Positions 44,839-55,218 of a stretch of 64,000 bases of DNA are shown here, one piece after another. The stretch is from Candidatus Latescibacterota bacterium (GTDB lineage Bacteria > Latescibacterota > UBA2968 > UBA8231): assembly GCA_965203355.1 (NCBI GenBank), contig OZ241889.1, positions 3,424,001-3,488,000 on the forward strand, read 5' to 3'. The notes beneath the pieces were generated by a model that was not told where the DNA came from, made no database searches, and worked only from the letters and a program-made list of their open reading frames with translations. Position numbers and translations under genes: made by a program. The number at the start of each line of letters is the position of its first letter. Position 1 is the first letter of the stretch.

Positions 44839-47800
44839 AGCGGAGGAGGATGAGCTTGGCGTAGCGCGGGGAACTATGTTCGATGCCGAAGCGGATGAAG
44901 TACGGACCGGTGGCCACCCAATGACCGCGATTGTTGCGGCCATCCCATTGCGTCTGGTGGGTGCCGGCGTAGAGCGGCGCGTCCACCAGCGTGCGCACCC
45001 GTTGCCCTTGGACGTTGTAGATGGCCACGTGGACGGCGGCGGCTTGGTTGAGTTGGAAGCCGAGGTGGGTAGTGGCGTTGAAGGGATTGGGCCACACTTG
45101 CAGCAAAGGGGCCGCTGCCAGTGCGGGTTCTACGGCGCGTCCGGGTGAGCAAGGGGCCTGAGTCGGCGAGGCGGTTTGGTGTGGGACGAAGGGGCCACCG
45201 GCGGGTGGGGAGCGGACGAGGGATTGGGCGGCGGGCCAAGCGGGGTGGGCAACGCTGGCGACGATGTAGCCCGTGTTGTCGATCAGGTAGATGGCTTCAC
45301 CCGTGTTGGTCAGGCCGTCGCCGATCTTTCCGTCGTCGGTATAGACCGGGGCCGTGAATCCCGTGGGACTGCCGCCGCCAAAGAGGACGACGCACGAGCC
45401 CGGGGCAATGGTGGCATTGGGTGGAAAGCGAAAGTAATCGTGGAGGGAGGCGGAGTCGCCCAACTGCCAACTCGCGAGGGAAATGGCTTCGGGACCGGCG
45501 TTGTAGAGTTCGATGAATTCGTCTTGATGGGGATCGTAGTGTCCGTCTTGGTTGGCGTCGCCGTCGGGCCCGGTGGGTGGGTCGGCGAATACTTCGCTGA
45601 TGAAGAGGGCATAGGTGGGTCTGGGCGGCGGTTTGGGCAGATCGGAGCGAGTCTGCTTCTTGGGGGCGATTCCGGGCGAAAAGGGAAGCTCGACCGGCGA
45701 GACGGTTTTGTGCGGGACCAACGCGCCATCATCGGGTGGTATGCGGACGAGGGATTGGGCGCTGGGCCACGTGGCGTGCGCCAGGAATGCGACCTCGTCG
45801 CCGCGGTCGTTGATTAGATGGATAGACTCGCCGGTGTTGGTCAGGCCGTCGCCGATTTTTCCGTCGTCGGTATAGACGGGGACGGTGAATCCCGTGGGCT
45901 TGCCGCCGCCGAATAGGACGACGTACGAGCGCGGGGCCATGACCGCGTCGGCTGGGAAGCGGAAGTAGCCACTGAGCGGGCTAGCGTCGCCGAGCCGCCA
46001 GCCCGCTAGCGAAACGGGCACAGACCCGTCGTTGTACAGTTCGATAAACTCGTCTTCGTGCGGATCGCGCCGACCATCTCGATTGGCGTCGCCAGCCAGG
46101 CCGGAAGGCGGGTCGGCGAGCACTTCGCTGATGGACAGCGGATAGGTCAAAATAGGCCGGACTTCTGGCGCGTGCCCGACTGAAAAAGGGGCTCCACGCG
46201 GCGAGACGGTTTTGTGCGGGACCAACGCGCCGCCGCCCGGTGGAATGCGGACCAGGGACTGGGCATTGGGCCACGTGGCGTGCAAGAGACGCGCGGCCTC
46301 ATGGCCATGCTCGTCGATCAGGTAGATAGACTCGCCGGTGTTGGCTAGGCCATCGCCGATTTTTCCGTCGTCAGTATAGACGGGGATGGTAAATCCCAAA
46401 GGCTTGCTGCCGCCGAATAGGACGACGTACGAGCGCGGCGCAATGACGGCCTTGGCCGGGAAGCGGAAGTAATCGCTTGGGGATCCGGCATCGCCCAGCC
46501 GCCAGCCCGCGAGGGAAATGGGGGCCGGGCCGGCGTTGTAGAGTTCGATAAATTCGTCTTCATGCGGGTCGTACTGACCGTCGCGGTTGGCGTCGCCGAC
46601 CGGGCCCTCGGGTGGGTCGGCGAGCACTTCGCTGATGAAGATCGGATAGGTCAAAATGGGCCGCGTGGTGGGGGCGTGCCCGGGCGAAAAGGGCAATTCG
46701 GCCGGCGAGGCCGTTTGGTGTGGGACGAAGGGGCCGCCGTTGGGTGGGTTGCGGACGAGGGACTGTTTGCGGGGCCACTCGTCGTGCGAGACGACATCGA
46801 TTTCGTGGCCATTGTTGTCGATTAAGCGCACCTCCTCCCCCTTGCCGGTTAGTCCGTTGCCGATTTTTCCGTCGTCAATATAGACGGGGCTGGTGAATCC
46901 CGTGGGCTTGCCGCCGCCGAATAGGACGACGTACGAGCGCGGGGCAATGACCGCGTCCGCCGGAAACTGGAAGTGGTTCTTCAGTGCGGTGCTGTCGCCG
47001 AGCCGCCAGCCAGCGAGGGAAATGAATGCCGATCCGGCGTTGTAGAGTTCGATGAATTCGTCTTCATAGGTGTTGCGCTGGCCGTCTCGGTTGACATCGC
47101 CAGCCAACCGCAAAGGCAGGTCCGCGAGCACTTCGCTGATGAAGAGGGGATAATGCGGTTTGGGGATGATGTGCGTGTGCCCGGGGGAGAAGAGGGCCTG
47201 GGTCGTCGAGACGTCTTTGTGCGGCGCCAATGCGCCGCCGTCGGAGGGATGGCGCACGAGGGATTGGTCGCTGGGCCAGTTGCCGTGCGAGATGACATCG
47301 ATTTCGTGGCCATTGACGTCGATTAGGCGTACCGCCTCCCCCTTGTTGATTAGCCCGTTGCCGATTTTTCCGTCGTCAATATAGACGGGGACGGTAAATC
47401 CCGTGGGCTTGCCGCCGCCGAATAGGATGATGTACGAGCGCGGGGCAATGACCGCATCGGCCGGAAACTGGAAGTGGTTCTTCAGTGCGGTGCTGTCGCC
47501 GAGCCGCCAGCCAGCGAGGGAAATGGGCGCGTCTCCGGCGTTGTAGAGTTCGATGAATTCGTCTTCATAGGTATCGCGCTGGCCGTCTCGGTTGGCGTCG
47601 CCCGCGTCACCGGAAGGCGGATCCGCGAGCACTTCGCTGATGAAGAGGGGATAGTCCGGTTTGGGGATGATGTGCGTGTGCCCGGGCGAAAAGAGGGCCT
47701 TGACCGTCGAGACGTTTTTGTGCGGCGCCAATACGTCGCTGTCGGAGGGATGGCGCACGAGGGACTGTTTGCTGGGCCAGTTGCCGTGCGAGACCACCGC

Positions 47801-48208
47801 GATTTTCGTGCCCGTTTCGTCGAGCAGGCGTACCACCTCGCCGCCATTGGTCAGTCCGTTGCCGATTGTTCCGTCGTCAACATAGACGGGAACGGTGAAT
47901 CCGGTGGGCTTGCCGCCGCCGAAGAGAACGACGTACGAGCGCGGGGCAATGACCGCGTCCGCCGGAAACTGGAAGAAGTCGTCCGGTGCGGTGCTGTCGC
48001 CGAGCCGCCAGCCAGCGAGAGAAACGGGCGTGTCTCCAGTGTTGTAGAGTTCGATGAATTCGTCTTGATAGGTGTCGCGCTGGCCGTCGCGATTGGCGTC
48101 GCCCGCGTCCCCAGAAGGCGGATCCGCGAGCACTTCGCTGATGACGACCGCGGCTTCGGCGATGGATGAGCAGCCAAGCAGGATGACGAAGAATAGGAGA
48201 TGGGCCAT
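44837..48208 (-). CDS. Secreted protein with six tandem lamin-tail-like domains and a FlgD/T9SS-A-like C-terminal domain
   Basis: Six ISEVLADPP..GDANRDG...EDEFIELYN repeats (~167 aa, ~501-530 bp period) and C-terminal WPNPFNATT...WDGRNNRG...LILLR. Confidence 0.9.
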   Translation of the reverse strand: MAHLLFFVILLGCSSIAEAAVVISEVLADPPSGDAGDANRDGQRDTYQDEFIELYNTGDTPVSLAGWRLGDSTAPDDFFQFPADAVIAPRSYVVLFGGGKPTGFTVPVYVDDGTIGNGLTNGGEVVRLLDETGTKIAVVSHGNWPSKQSLVRHPSDSDVLAPHKNVSTVKALFSPGHTHIIPKPDYPLFISEVLADPPSGDAGDANRDGQRDTYEDEFIELYNAGDAPISLAGWRLGDSTALKNHFQFPADAVIAPRSYIILFGGGKPTGFTVPVYIDDGKIGNGLINKGEAVRLIDVNGHEIDVISHGNWPSDQSLVRHPSDGGALAPHKDVSTTQALFSPGHTHIIPKPHYPLFISEVLADLPLRLAGDVNRDGQRNTYEDEFIELYNAGSAFISLAGWRLGDSTALKNHFQFPADAVIAPRSYVVLFGGGKPTGFTSPVYIDDGKIGNGLTGKGEEVRLIDNNGHEIDVVSHDEWPRKQSLVRNPPNGGPFVPHQTASPAELPFSPGHAPTTRPILTYPIFISEVLADPPEGPVGDANRDGQYDPHEDEFIELYNAGPAPISLAGWRLGDAGSPSDYFRFPAKAVIAPRSYVVLFGGSKPLGFTIPVYTDDGKIGDGLANTGESIYLIDEHGHEAARLLHATWPNAQSLVRIPPGGGALVPHKTVSPRGAPFSVGHAPEVRPILTYPLSISEVLADPPSGLAGDANRDGRRDPHEDEFIELYNDGSVPVSLAGWRLGDASPLSGYFRFPADAVMAPRSYVVLFGGGKPTGFTVPVYTDDGKIGDGLTNTGESIHLINDRGDEVAFLAHATWPSAQSLVRIPPDDGALVPHKTVSPVELPFSPGIAPKKQTRSDLPKPPPRPTYALFISEVFADPPTGPDGDANQDGHYDPHQDEFIELYNAGPEAISLASWQLGDSASLHDYFRFPPNATIAPGSCVVLFGGGSPTGFTAPVYTDDGKIGDGLTNTGEAIYLIDNTGYIVASVAHPAWPAAQSLVRSPPAGGPFVPHQTASPTQAPCSPGRAVEPALAAAPLLQVWPNPFNATTHLGFQLNQAAAVHVAIYNVQGQRVRTLVDAPLYAGTHQTQWDGRNNRGHWVATGPYFIRFGIEHSSPRYAKLILLR

Positions 48209-48354
48209 GCCCGTGCTTGTGCAAAAGGCGGGCCAATCTGTTGGCTATACTGTTATTTGTTTAGAAACAAATAGTTGCGACTGGATACGTACTTTTTATG
48301 TCCGGCGACAATGGCCCCTTTAGGATACAGCGGCGCAGCCTGCGGGTAACACTT

Positions 48355-49269
48355 TCAGACCCAGCGATAGGTGCGAGCACCGCGACTGGAGACGCGGGCG
48401 AATTTCCAAGCCGTCAGCCACTCTTGGCGATCGCGGATTACCAGTTCGGGATGCGCTTGGCTGCGGACGAGGAGACCGGGCAGGTGGGGTCGGCCATTGG
48501 GCTTGCGCGCGTCGTTCCAGCGCAGGTCCATACTCCAGCGAATCGCGTCCGAGCGGTTGGGTTGGCTGCCGTGCGGGGTGCGGCAGTGGATGGCGATTAG
48601 GCCACCGCGTTGGACCGGGATGGCGACCGGGGCCCAAGGCGGCAGTTCTGCGGGCGCGATCGCAAAGCTGCCGCCTTGGTCGGCGGGCGGGCGCACGTGC
48701 CGTCGCAGCGGCTCTTGGTGGCAGCGGGGATAGATCATCAAGGTGCCGTTTTCTTCGTGGGCATCGACGAGGGGGATCCAAGTGGTGACGACGAGGGTGT
48801 CGTCGGCTTCGGGCAACAACACGCCGAGGTCTTGGTGCCAAGCAGTGGAGCGCGCCCATTCGCTTTGCGAGAAATGGCCGGCGTACTCGTCGCTAGCCGG
48901 GACTTTGGCGCGGATATGCTGGCAGGAATTGGCGTAGATTTCCGGGCCGATCAGGGATTCGATCAGGTCGAGCAGCCGGGGGTTGTGTAAAAAGGCGAAG
49001 ATGTTAGGCCCCAAATTGGCGGGGAAGTTGATACCGGCGGTGGCGCTGGCGTCGGCTTTCGCGAGGGGAATCAGGCGTTGGGCAAAAGGCAACTCGGCAT
49101 AATCGCGTTCTATTTTGCCGGTGGCCAACAGGCGTTGGGCCGCTTGATCGACGATTTGCTCTAGTTCCGCTTGGACTGGATCTAAGTCTGCGGGTGCCAA
49201 GGCGTCGGGCACGTGGACGTAGCCCTCGGCGTGGAAGAATGCGAGTTGCTCCGAGCTGAGGCCGGGCAT
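48355..49269 (-). CDS. Phytanoyl-CoA dioxygenase (PhyH) family protein
   Basis: F...GY, TAWHQD, WIPLVDA..ENG and HGSQPNRSD.IR motifs. Confidence 0.92.
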   Translation of the reverse strand: MPGLSSEQLAFFHAEGYVHVPDALAPADLDPVQAELEQIVDQAAQRLLATGKIERDYAELPFAQRLIPLAKADASATAGINFPANLGPNIFAFLHNPRLLDLIESLIGPEIYANSCQHIRAKVPASDEYAGHFSQSEWARSTAWHQDLGVLLPEADDTLVVTTWIPLVDAHEENGTLMIYPRCHQEPLRRHVRPPADQGGSFAIAPAELPPWAPVAIPVQRGGLIAIHCRTPHGSQPNRSDAIRWSMDLRWNDARKPNGRPHLPGLLVRSQAHPELVIRDRQEWLTAWKFARVSSRGARTYRWV

Positions 49270-49277
49270 GGTGCCTT

Positions 49278-50204
49278 TTAGAAGGTGCCGATGATCGAGA
49301 CCCGATGGATTTGGCCTAAGTCGGGCGAGGACGAGTAGGCGTAATCCATGGCGTAGCGGTTCATGCTCAGGCCGGCCCCGGCACTCAGGCCCAGCGACTC
49401 TTCGCCTTGGCTGCTGGTCTGTTGGGTGGTGTAGCCGGGCCGGACATAGAGGCCGGCGGCGAGTTGGATCTCAAGGCCGAAAGCTAGGTAGGAGTCGTTG
49501 TCGTTGGGCAGGTTGAAATCGGCGACCAAGAGCACGGGCACCGGCATGTGCGCGAGGTGATGGGCCAGGCCCAAGCGGATGTGTACCGGCAGCGAGTCCT
49601 TGAAACCCTCGGTGTAGCCAGAGCGCACAAAACCAAGGTTGGCGATGGCCGCGCCGAGCGTCGTGCCGGCGACCGGTGCGCGGACCAGGATGCCTAGATC
49701 GGCGAGATAAGCGTCGGAAGAAAACTCGGCGATGTTTGAATAGACGGCTTTTAGATTGGCCCCTACGGCCAGCCAGTCCGGCCCGAGCTGTTGGGCGATA
49801 GACAGATAAGCGGCGAGGTCGGTCGCCGAGAAGGTCCCTAAATCGCGCCCTTCCGCATCGGTGCGCCACAAGTCGCCGTAGGATACGTAGTGGACGCTTA
49901 GGGCGTGTACGCGCGGCCCGTTGGGCGCGGCGATAGAGGCGAAGCCAGCTTGCGAATCAACGAGATAGCTGTTGTAGGCAAGCGCGGCGGTGCGCTCTCG
50001 CAAGCCGAAGAGTCCGGCGGGATTCCAGGCCGATGCCTCGATGCTGCCAGACACGGCCGCGTAGGCCCCGCCGAGTGCGGCCGCCCGGGTGCCGACGCCG
50101 ATCTTGAGAAAGTTGAAACCCGTGGTGCCGGCGTTGGGGCTGATCGCACGAGCCGGCGTCAAGGTCGAAAGTAGGATGCAGGCCGCGAGGGCACAGTATC
50201 TCAT
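49278..50204 (-). CDS. PorV/PorQ-family outer-membrane beta-barrel
   Basis: FNFLKIGVGTRAAALGGAY...WNPAGL and C-terminal DYAY...LGQIHRVSI..F. Start trimmed. Confidence 0.85.
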   Translation of the reverse strand: MRYCALAACILLSTLTPARAISPNAGTTGFNFLKIGVGTRAAALGGAYAAVSGSIEASAWNPAGLFGLRERTAALAYNSYLVDSQAGFASIAAPNGPRVHALSVHYVSYGDLWRTDAEGRDLGTFSATDLAAYLSIAQQLGPDWLAVGANLKAVYSNIAEFSSDAYLADLGILVRAPVAGTTLGAAIANLGFVRSGYTEGFKDSLPVHIRLGLAHHLAHMPVPVLLVADFNLPNDNDSYLAFGLEIQLAAGLYVRPGYTTQQTSSQGEESLGLSAGAGLSMNRYAMDYAYSSSPDLGQIHRVSIIGTF

Positions 50205-50220
50205 GGTTGGTCTCCAGATT

Positions 50221-51666
50221 TCAGGCGGCTGCCTGTTCGAGGGCATAGGCTGCGCCCAGCAGGCGCGCTTCTGCGAGGGGCGGGGCCAGCAGTTGGACGC
50301 CAATGGGCAGGCCGCTGCGGCTGTGGGCAAAGGGCACGGATATGGCCGGAAGGCCGGCGAGGTTGACCGAGGCCGTGTAGATGTCGTTGAGGTACATCTG
50401 CAAGGGATCGTCGAGTTGTTCGCCGAGGCGGAAGGCGACGGTCGGGGCCACGGGCGAGACCAGCACGTCGCATGCTGCAAAAGCGCGGGCAAAGTCTTCG
50501 CGGATCAGGGTGCGGACTTGCTGGGCCTTGCGGTAGTACGCGTCGTAGTAGCCGGCGCTCAGGGCGTAGGCCCCGAGCATGATGCGGCGCTTGACCTCGG
50601 CGCCGAAGCCCTGGCTGCGCGTTTGCCAGTACATCTCCGGTAGGTCGGCGCTGCCCTCGGCGCGATAGCCGTATTTGACGCCATCGTAGCGCGCGAGATT
50701 GGCCGATGCTTCAGCCATGGCGATGATGTAATAGGTACTGATGCAGTATTCGGGGTGGCCAGCTACAGGCAGCTCGACATCCACGCACTCGGCGCCTGCA
50801 TCCACCAGGGCGTTGGCGGCATTTTGTGCTGCAGCGGCTACTTCCGCGTCGAGGGCGGCGGGAAAATGCTCGTGCGCCAAGCCCACTTTTAGGCCGCGGA
50901 CCTCTCGGTTGAGCGCGGCTCGATAGTCCGGTACTGGCGCGGTGCTGGCAGTCGAGTCGCGGGGATCGTGCCCGGCGATGGCTTGGAGCAGGAGCGCGGC
51001 GTCTTCGACATCTTTGGTCACCGGGCCGATTTGGTCGAGCGAAGAAGCATAGGCGATGAGTCCGTAGCGCGAGACGCGGCCGTAGGTGGGCTTGAGCCCC
51101 ACGACGCCGCAGTAGCTGGCCGGTTGCCGCACGGATCCGCCGGTGTCTGAGCCGAGGGCGAGGATGGTCGCGTCGGCGGCTACGGCCGCGGCGGATCCGC
51201 CGCTGGATCCGCCCGGTACGCGCTCGGGGTCGCGGGGGTTTAAGGTGGGGCCGAAGTACGAGTTTTCGCCGGACGAGCCCATGGCGAACTCGTCCATGTT
51301 GGTCTTGCCGATGAAGACCGCGTCGGCGTCGCGCAGCCGCTGGACGGCCGTGGCGTCGTAGGGGGCGATGAAGTGCTCGAGGATTTTCGAGCCGCAGGTA
51401 GTGCGCCCGCCGCGTACGCAAAGGACGTCCTTGAGGGCCAAGGGAATGCCGGCCAAAGGCCCCAAAGCCGCGCCCGCGGTGCGCCGCTGGTCGATGTCAT
51501 CGGCGCGGGCTAAGGCTCCCTCTGGATCTAGGCTGATAAAGGCGTTGAACTGGCCGTTGATTGCGCTGATGCGGTCGAGCGTAGCCTCGACTAGCTGACG
51601 AGCGGTGATGTCTCCTTGTTGCAGGCGCGCACTGAGTTCGTGGGCGGTGGCTTGGTTGAGTGCCAT
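50221..51666 (-). CDS. gatA: Glu-tRNA(Gln)/Asp-tRNA(Asn) amidotransferase subunit A
   Basis: [44 protein letters not shown] and EVKRRIMLG motifs. Confidence 0.97.
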   Translation of the reverse strand: MALNQATAHELSARLQQGDITARQLVEATLDRISAINGQFNAFISLDPEGALARADDIDQRRTAGAALGPLAGIPLALKDVLCVRGGRTTCGSKILEHFIAPYDATAVQRLRDADAVFIGKTNMDEFAMGSSGENSYFGPTLNPRDPERVPGGSSGGSAAAVAADATILALGSDTGGSVRQPASYCGVVGLKPTYGRVSRYGLIAYASSLDQIGPVTKDVEDAALLLQAIAGHDPRDSTASTAPVPDYRAALNREVRGLKVGLAHEHFPAALDAEVAAAAQNAANALVDAGAECVDVELPVAGHPEYCISTYYIIAMAEASANLARYDGVKYGYRAEGSADLPEMYWQTRSQGFGAEVKRRIMLGAYALSAGYYDAYYRKAQQVRTLIREDFARAFAACDVLVSPVAPTVAFRLGEQLDDPLQMYLNDIYTASVNLAGLPAISVPFAHSRSGLPIGVQLLAPPLAEARLLGAAYALEQAAA

Positions 51667-51669
51667 GGG

Positions 51670-51921
51670 TTAGGAATCGGCTTGATCCCGGTCCTGGTCC
51701 TTGGCCTTGTCTTTGGCCTGAGGCTCGGTCTGGGCCGGCGGGGCCGTAGGGGCCGTAGGCTTGGGGGCCTCGATTTCGTCCTGCACGTCGCGCATAGCCG
51801 TGCGGAACTCGCGGATGCCCTTGCCCAAGCCCTGCGCCATCTCGGGGATGCGCTTGGCACCGAAGATAAGCAGAATGACGACGAAGATGATGAGTATTTC
51901 CCAATGGCCCATACCGAACAT
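51670..51921 (-). CDS. tatA: Twin-arginine translocase subunit TatA/E
   Basis: MFGMGHWEILIIFVVILLIFGAKRIPEMAQGLGKGIREFR. Confidence 0.95.
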   Translation of the reverse strand: MFGMGHWEILIIFVVILLIFGAKRIPEMAQGLGKGIREFRTAMRDVQDEIEAPKPTAPTAPPAQTEPQAKDKAKDQDRDQADS

Positions 51922-51945
51922 GGCTCTAGCTCCCAAAAGATGTTT

Positions 51946-52227
51946 TTAATAGCTGTGGCGGAAGTAATACCAGCCAACGAAGAGTCCTAACACCGTGATT
52001 AGGTTGAACTTCAGCGAGAGGTCAAACTCAAAGGACAGGATGACGAAATTGAACATGTGCGGCCCGATGGAATACTCCACATAGCGCAAGAGGGCGATTT
52101 CGACGATGGTGTCGGAGCCGAATAAGGCGACGAGGATGAACCGGAGCATCTCACCGGCGAGATTGGCGCCGATCATCGCAGTGAAAAGGATGAAAATGAG
52201 GTGGCTGATGGGTTTGTTGTACGACAT
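51946..52227 (-). CDS. Small membrane protein (DUF4321-like)
   Basis: Two TM segments and a F...LKFNLITVLG motif. Confidence 0.65.
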   Translation of the reverse strand: MSYNKPISHLIFILFTAMIGANLAGEMLRFILVALFGSDTIVEIALLRYVEYSIGPHMFNFVILSFEFDLSLKFNLITVLGLFVGWYYFRHSY

Positions 52228-52233
52228 GGAGAT

Positions 52234-52941
52234 TTAGGCATGTTGGGTGACGGAACCGTGCATAAGCCGGAAAATCCAGCGCAAAGGCCCGGAGAAGACG
52301 TACACGAGAATCATGGGCAAGAAAAAGATGTCGTCGTAAATGAGCAGCCCGACCGTGGCGATGAAGTAAAGCTGTTTGAAGCGGTCGCTGAGGGAGGCGC
52401 CGCGAAAATTGGGCACACTGTCGTAATTGAGCCGACTGACCATCAGGAAGGACAACACTAAAATCAGCAGCACGGCCAGCGGCGTGGCATGGGGAATGGG
52501 CCATGCTTTGACAAAAACCACGTATTGGGTGAGGCAGACCGCGGCCGTGGGAATGGCCAGTCCGAGGTAAAATTCGTCGCGCTCACCGTCGAGGTTGAGC
52601 GTGTTAAAGCGGGCCAGACGCATGGCACCGCATAGCAGAAACACAAAAGCCAGGGCCAGCCCCCAGCCGGTCGGCAGGTGGGACTGAAGGTGGGCCTGAT
52701 AGATGATGGCAGCGGGCACGACGCCAAAGGTGCAGGCATCGACGATGGAGTCGAACTGGAGCCCAAACATGGAGTCTCGGCCCATGACCCGGGCGAGTTG
52801 GCCGTCCATTTTGTCGAATACCGCGCCCAAGAAGATGAGCCACGCGGCTGTCTCGTAGCTGCCGTTAAAGGCGTAGTACAGGGCGAGGAATCCGCAAAAT
52901 AGGTTGCCGATGGTGAACGCGGTGGGTATGAACTGCCTCAT
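52234..52941 (-). CDS. pssA: CDP-diacylglycerol--serine O-phosphatidyltransferase
   Basis: FTIGNLFCG, DKMDGQLAR...G.QFDS..D...FGVVPA and RLARFN motifs. Confidence 0.88.
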   Translation of the reverse strand: MRQFIPTAFTIGNLFCGFLALYYAFNGSYETAAWLIFLGAVFDKMDGQLARVMGRDSMFGLQFDSIVDACTFGVVPAAIIYQAHLQSHLPTGWGLALAFVFLLCGAMRLARFNTLNLDGERDEFYLGLAIPTAAVCLTQYVVFVKAWPIPHATPLAVLLILVLSFLMVSRLNYDSVPNFRGASLSDRFKQLYFIATVGLLIYDDIFFLPMILVYVFSGPLRWIFRLMHGSVTQHA

Positions 52942-52960
52942 TTTCGCATCCTTCCTGCCG

Positions 52961-54064
52961 CTAGCGCCGCATCCGATAGGGACGCTCTTCAAGGGTCAGG
53001 TCTAGATTGTAGTGCCCGTTGTGGCGCGTCACGCCGAGTGCCGCTACTTCGCCAACGCGCAAGCCGCGCAACGCGACAATGGCCTCGTCGGCGCTGCGGA
53101 TCTGCTCGTCGTTGACGGCGACGATCACGTCGCCGCTTTCGAGGCCCGCTAACTCGGCCGGACTGTCGCGTGCCACCCGCACAACTAGGGCTCCATCGGT
53201 GGAATCGAGTTGTAGGTACTCGGCTAGATCCGGGGTGATGTCTTGGACGGCCAAGATGCCGGTCCAAGCGCGCCGCGCTTGACCGTGCTGGCGAATTTCC
53301 GCCAAGAAGCTCGCAGCCGTGTCAATGGGAATGGCGAAGCCAATGCCAATAGAGCCGCTGTCGTATTCGCTGCCGGTGTAGATAAAGCTGTTGATGCCGA
53401 TGACTTTGCCATCGGCATTGACGAGCGGACCGCCGCTATTGCCTCTGTTGATGGCCGCATCGGTCTGAATCATGTCTTGGTAGTAGTAATCGCCTTGGGG
53501 TTGGGAAAAGTCGCGATCTAGGGCGCTGACGACGCCGACACTGACGGTAGGCCCCAAATCGAAAGGGTTGCCAATGGCAATAGCCCATTCGCCGACGAGA
53601 ATATCGCCCGAAGTCCCGAGCGGCGCAACCGGCAGATCGCCTCCATCTACCTTGAGAACGGCGAGGTCGAAGTTGAAGTCAGAGCCTACGTAGCGGGCCT
53701 CAAAGGTGCGGCCGTCGGGCTCGGGCAACGAGGCTGTGATCTGCTGTAGCTGACGCCGATCGCCGATGACGTGGCTATTGGTGAGAATGTACCCCTCGCG
53801 ATCGACGATAAGTCCCGAGCCGGTGGACATGCGGTGTTGATCTTGGGGCACGTAGTAGAACGGCGAGAAAAAATGCCAAAAAGGATCGCTGCGCTGCCGG
53901 TATAGATTGTAGACGCGCTTTTGGTAGCGCACGTGGAGACTGACGACCGCGGGCTGGACCCGCTCTACGGCCTGCACGACGGCTGTGCGGCGCGATTCCC
54001 CAATGGACGCGCTGGCGTGATTCAGCGCTAATACCAGCAGAGCAAGTGAGCAGAGCAAGTGCAA
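52961..54064 (-). CDS. HtrA/DegP-like serine protease with one PDZ domain
   Basis: GSG, TNSHV, DLAVLK, IQTDAAINRGNSGGPL and a C-terminal PDZ domain. Confidence 0.95.
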   Translation of the reverse strand: MHLLCSLALLVLALNHASASIGESRRTAVVQAVERVQPAVVSLHVRYQKRVYNLYRQRSDPFWHFFSPFYYVPQDQHRMSTGSGLIVDREGYILTNSHVIGDRRQLQQITASLPEPDGRTFEARYVGSDFNFDLAVLKVDGGDLPVAPLGTSGDILVGEWAIAIGNPFDLGPTVSVGVVSALDRDFSQPQGDYYYQDMIQTDAAINRGNSGGPLVNADGKVIGINSFIYTGSEYDSGSIGIGFAIPIDTAASFLAEIRQHGQARRAWTGILAVQDITPDLAEYLQLDSTDGALVVRVARDSPAELAGLESGDVIVAVNDEQIRSADEAIVALRGLRVGEVAALGVTRHNGHYNLDLTLEERPYRMRR

Positions 54065-54144
54065 GGTTGGACCTCAATTGGGATGAGTAATAATATAATC
54101 ATAATACATAGTGGCAAGTACCGCACAGCAGCTCTGTAGTGCTA

Positions 54145-54450
54145 CTAGTTCGGCGCGGCCCCGCCTAGGCGCAAAATGGCATCAAAGCGATCGTTTTTGG
54201 CGGCCTTATTCCTTTTGACAAGGCCGCATTTAGTACAGCGGTGGACGAGGATGTAATCGCCGCGTTTGATGGCAAAACCCACCGGCTCCATCAAGCCGCG
54301 ACAGCCCTCGGCGCGGTCGCCTGGGTTTACATCAACGTGTTGGCTCCAGAGGCATTCGGGGCAGTGGTTGGTGTAGCCGTTGCCCTGCGCGGAAAAGCCA
54401 CAGTTTTTGCAGGTAAAATTTTCGCGCTGCCGCTGGAATTTTTTGCCCAT
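54145..54450 (-). CDS. RNHCP domain protein
   Basis: F.C..CG...TNHCPECLWSQHVD..PGDRA..C.GLMEP...HRC.KCG...N. Confidence 0.9.
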   Translation of the reverse strand: MGKKFQRQRENFTCKNCGFSAQGNGYTNHCPECLWSQHVDVNPGDRAEGCRGLMEPVGFAIKRGDYILVHRCTKCGLVKRNKAAKNDRFDAILRLGGAAPN

Positions 54451-54455
54451 TTACA

Positions 54456-55214
54456 CTAGACCATGTCTGCGCTAAAACGGCCATCGGGATACGCCACCCA
54501 CAATAGGCAGAGACCACGCGCCGGCGCGGTGACCCCGGCTGTGCGGCGGTCGCCGCTGGCGAGCAGGTCGGCGATGGACGTCGGCGGCCTCGTGCGGCGG
54601 CCAATTTCGACCATCGTGCCAACGAGGATCCGCACCATGTGGCGGAGGAAGCGATTGGCCTCGATTTCAAAGACCAGTTCCGGGCCGCGTTGGGACCAGC
54701 CCGCGTCGAAGACGCGACAGATGGGGTGCGCGGGCACGGGATCTTGTTTGCAAAAGGCCCCAAAAGCGCGTTCGCCGCAGAGTGCGCGGGCGGCCGCGGC
54801 CATGCGATCCAAGGATAGGGCTGAATAACAGGTCCACACCTGAGTGCGGTTGACGGCTGCCTTGCCTTGGTGGATGCGGTAGCGATAGCGCTTGCGGGTT
54901 GCGCTGTAGCGGGCGTGAAAATCCGCCGCGACTTCGTCGGCGGCGCGCACGGCAAGGTCTGGGGGCAGGAGCCCATTGAGGCTGCGGAGCAAGCGGTTTG
55001 TAGGCAGCCGGGCTTCGGTCTGGAAATGAGCTACTTGCCCGAGCGCATGGGTTCCTGCGTCTGTACGACCCGCGCCGATGAGGCGGACCGGCTCTTTGAG
55101 TAGGATGCGCAGGGCTTGTTCGAGCGCGTCTTGCACGGTGCGGCCGCTCTTTTGGCTCTGCCATCCGACAAAGCAAGTCCCGTCGTACTCGATTACCAAG
55201 CGCAGCGTCCGCAT
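54456..55214 (-). CDS. truA: tRNA pseudouridine(38-40) synthase
   Basis: IEYDGT.F.GWQ, GAGRTDAGTHA.GQ, FHARY, FLRHMVR and TAPARGL motifs. Confidence 0.96.
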   Translation of the reverse strand: MRTLRLVIEYDGTCFVGWQSQKSGRTVQDALEQALRILLKEPVRLIGAGRTDAGTHALGQVAHFQTEARLPTNRLLRSLNGLLPPDLAVRAADEVAADFHARYSATRKRYRYRIHQGKAAVNRTQVWTCYSALSLDRMAAAARALCGERAFGAFCKQDPVPAHPICRVFDAGWSQRGPELVFEIEANRFLRHMVRILVGTMVEIGRRTRPPTSIADLLASGDRRTAGVTAPARGLCLLWVAYPDGRFSADMV

Positions 55215-55218
55215 CGCC

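Noticed and set aside
50221-51921. gatA without gatB/gatC, adjacent to tatA
   Set aside because: Dispersed gat genes and tatA-gatA adjacency are familiar in FCB-group genomes.
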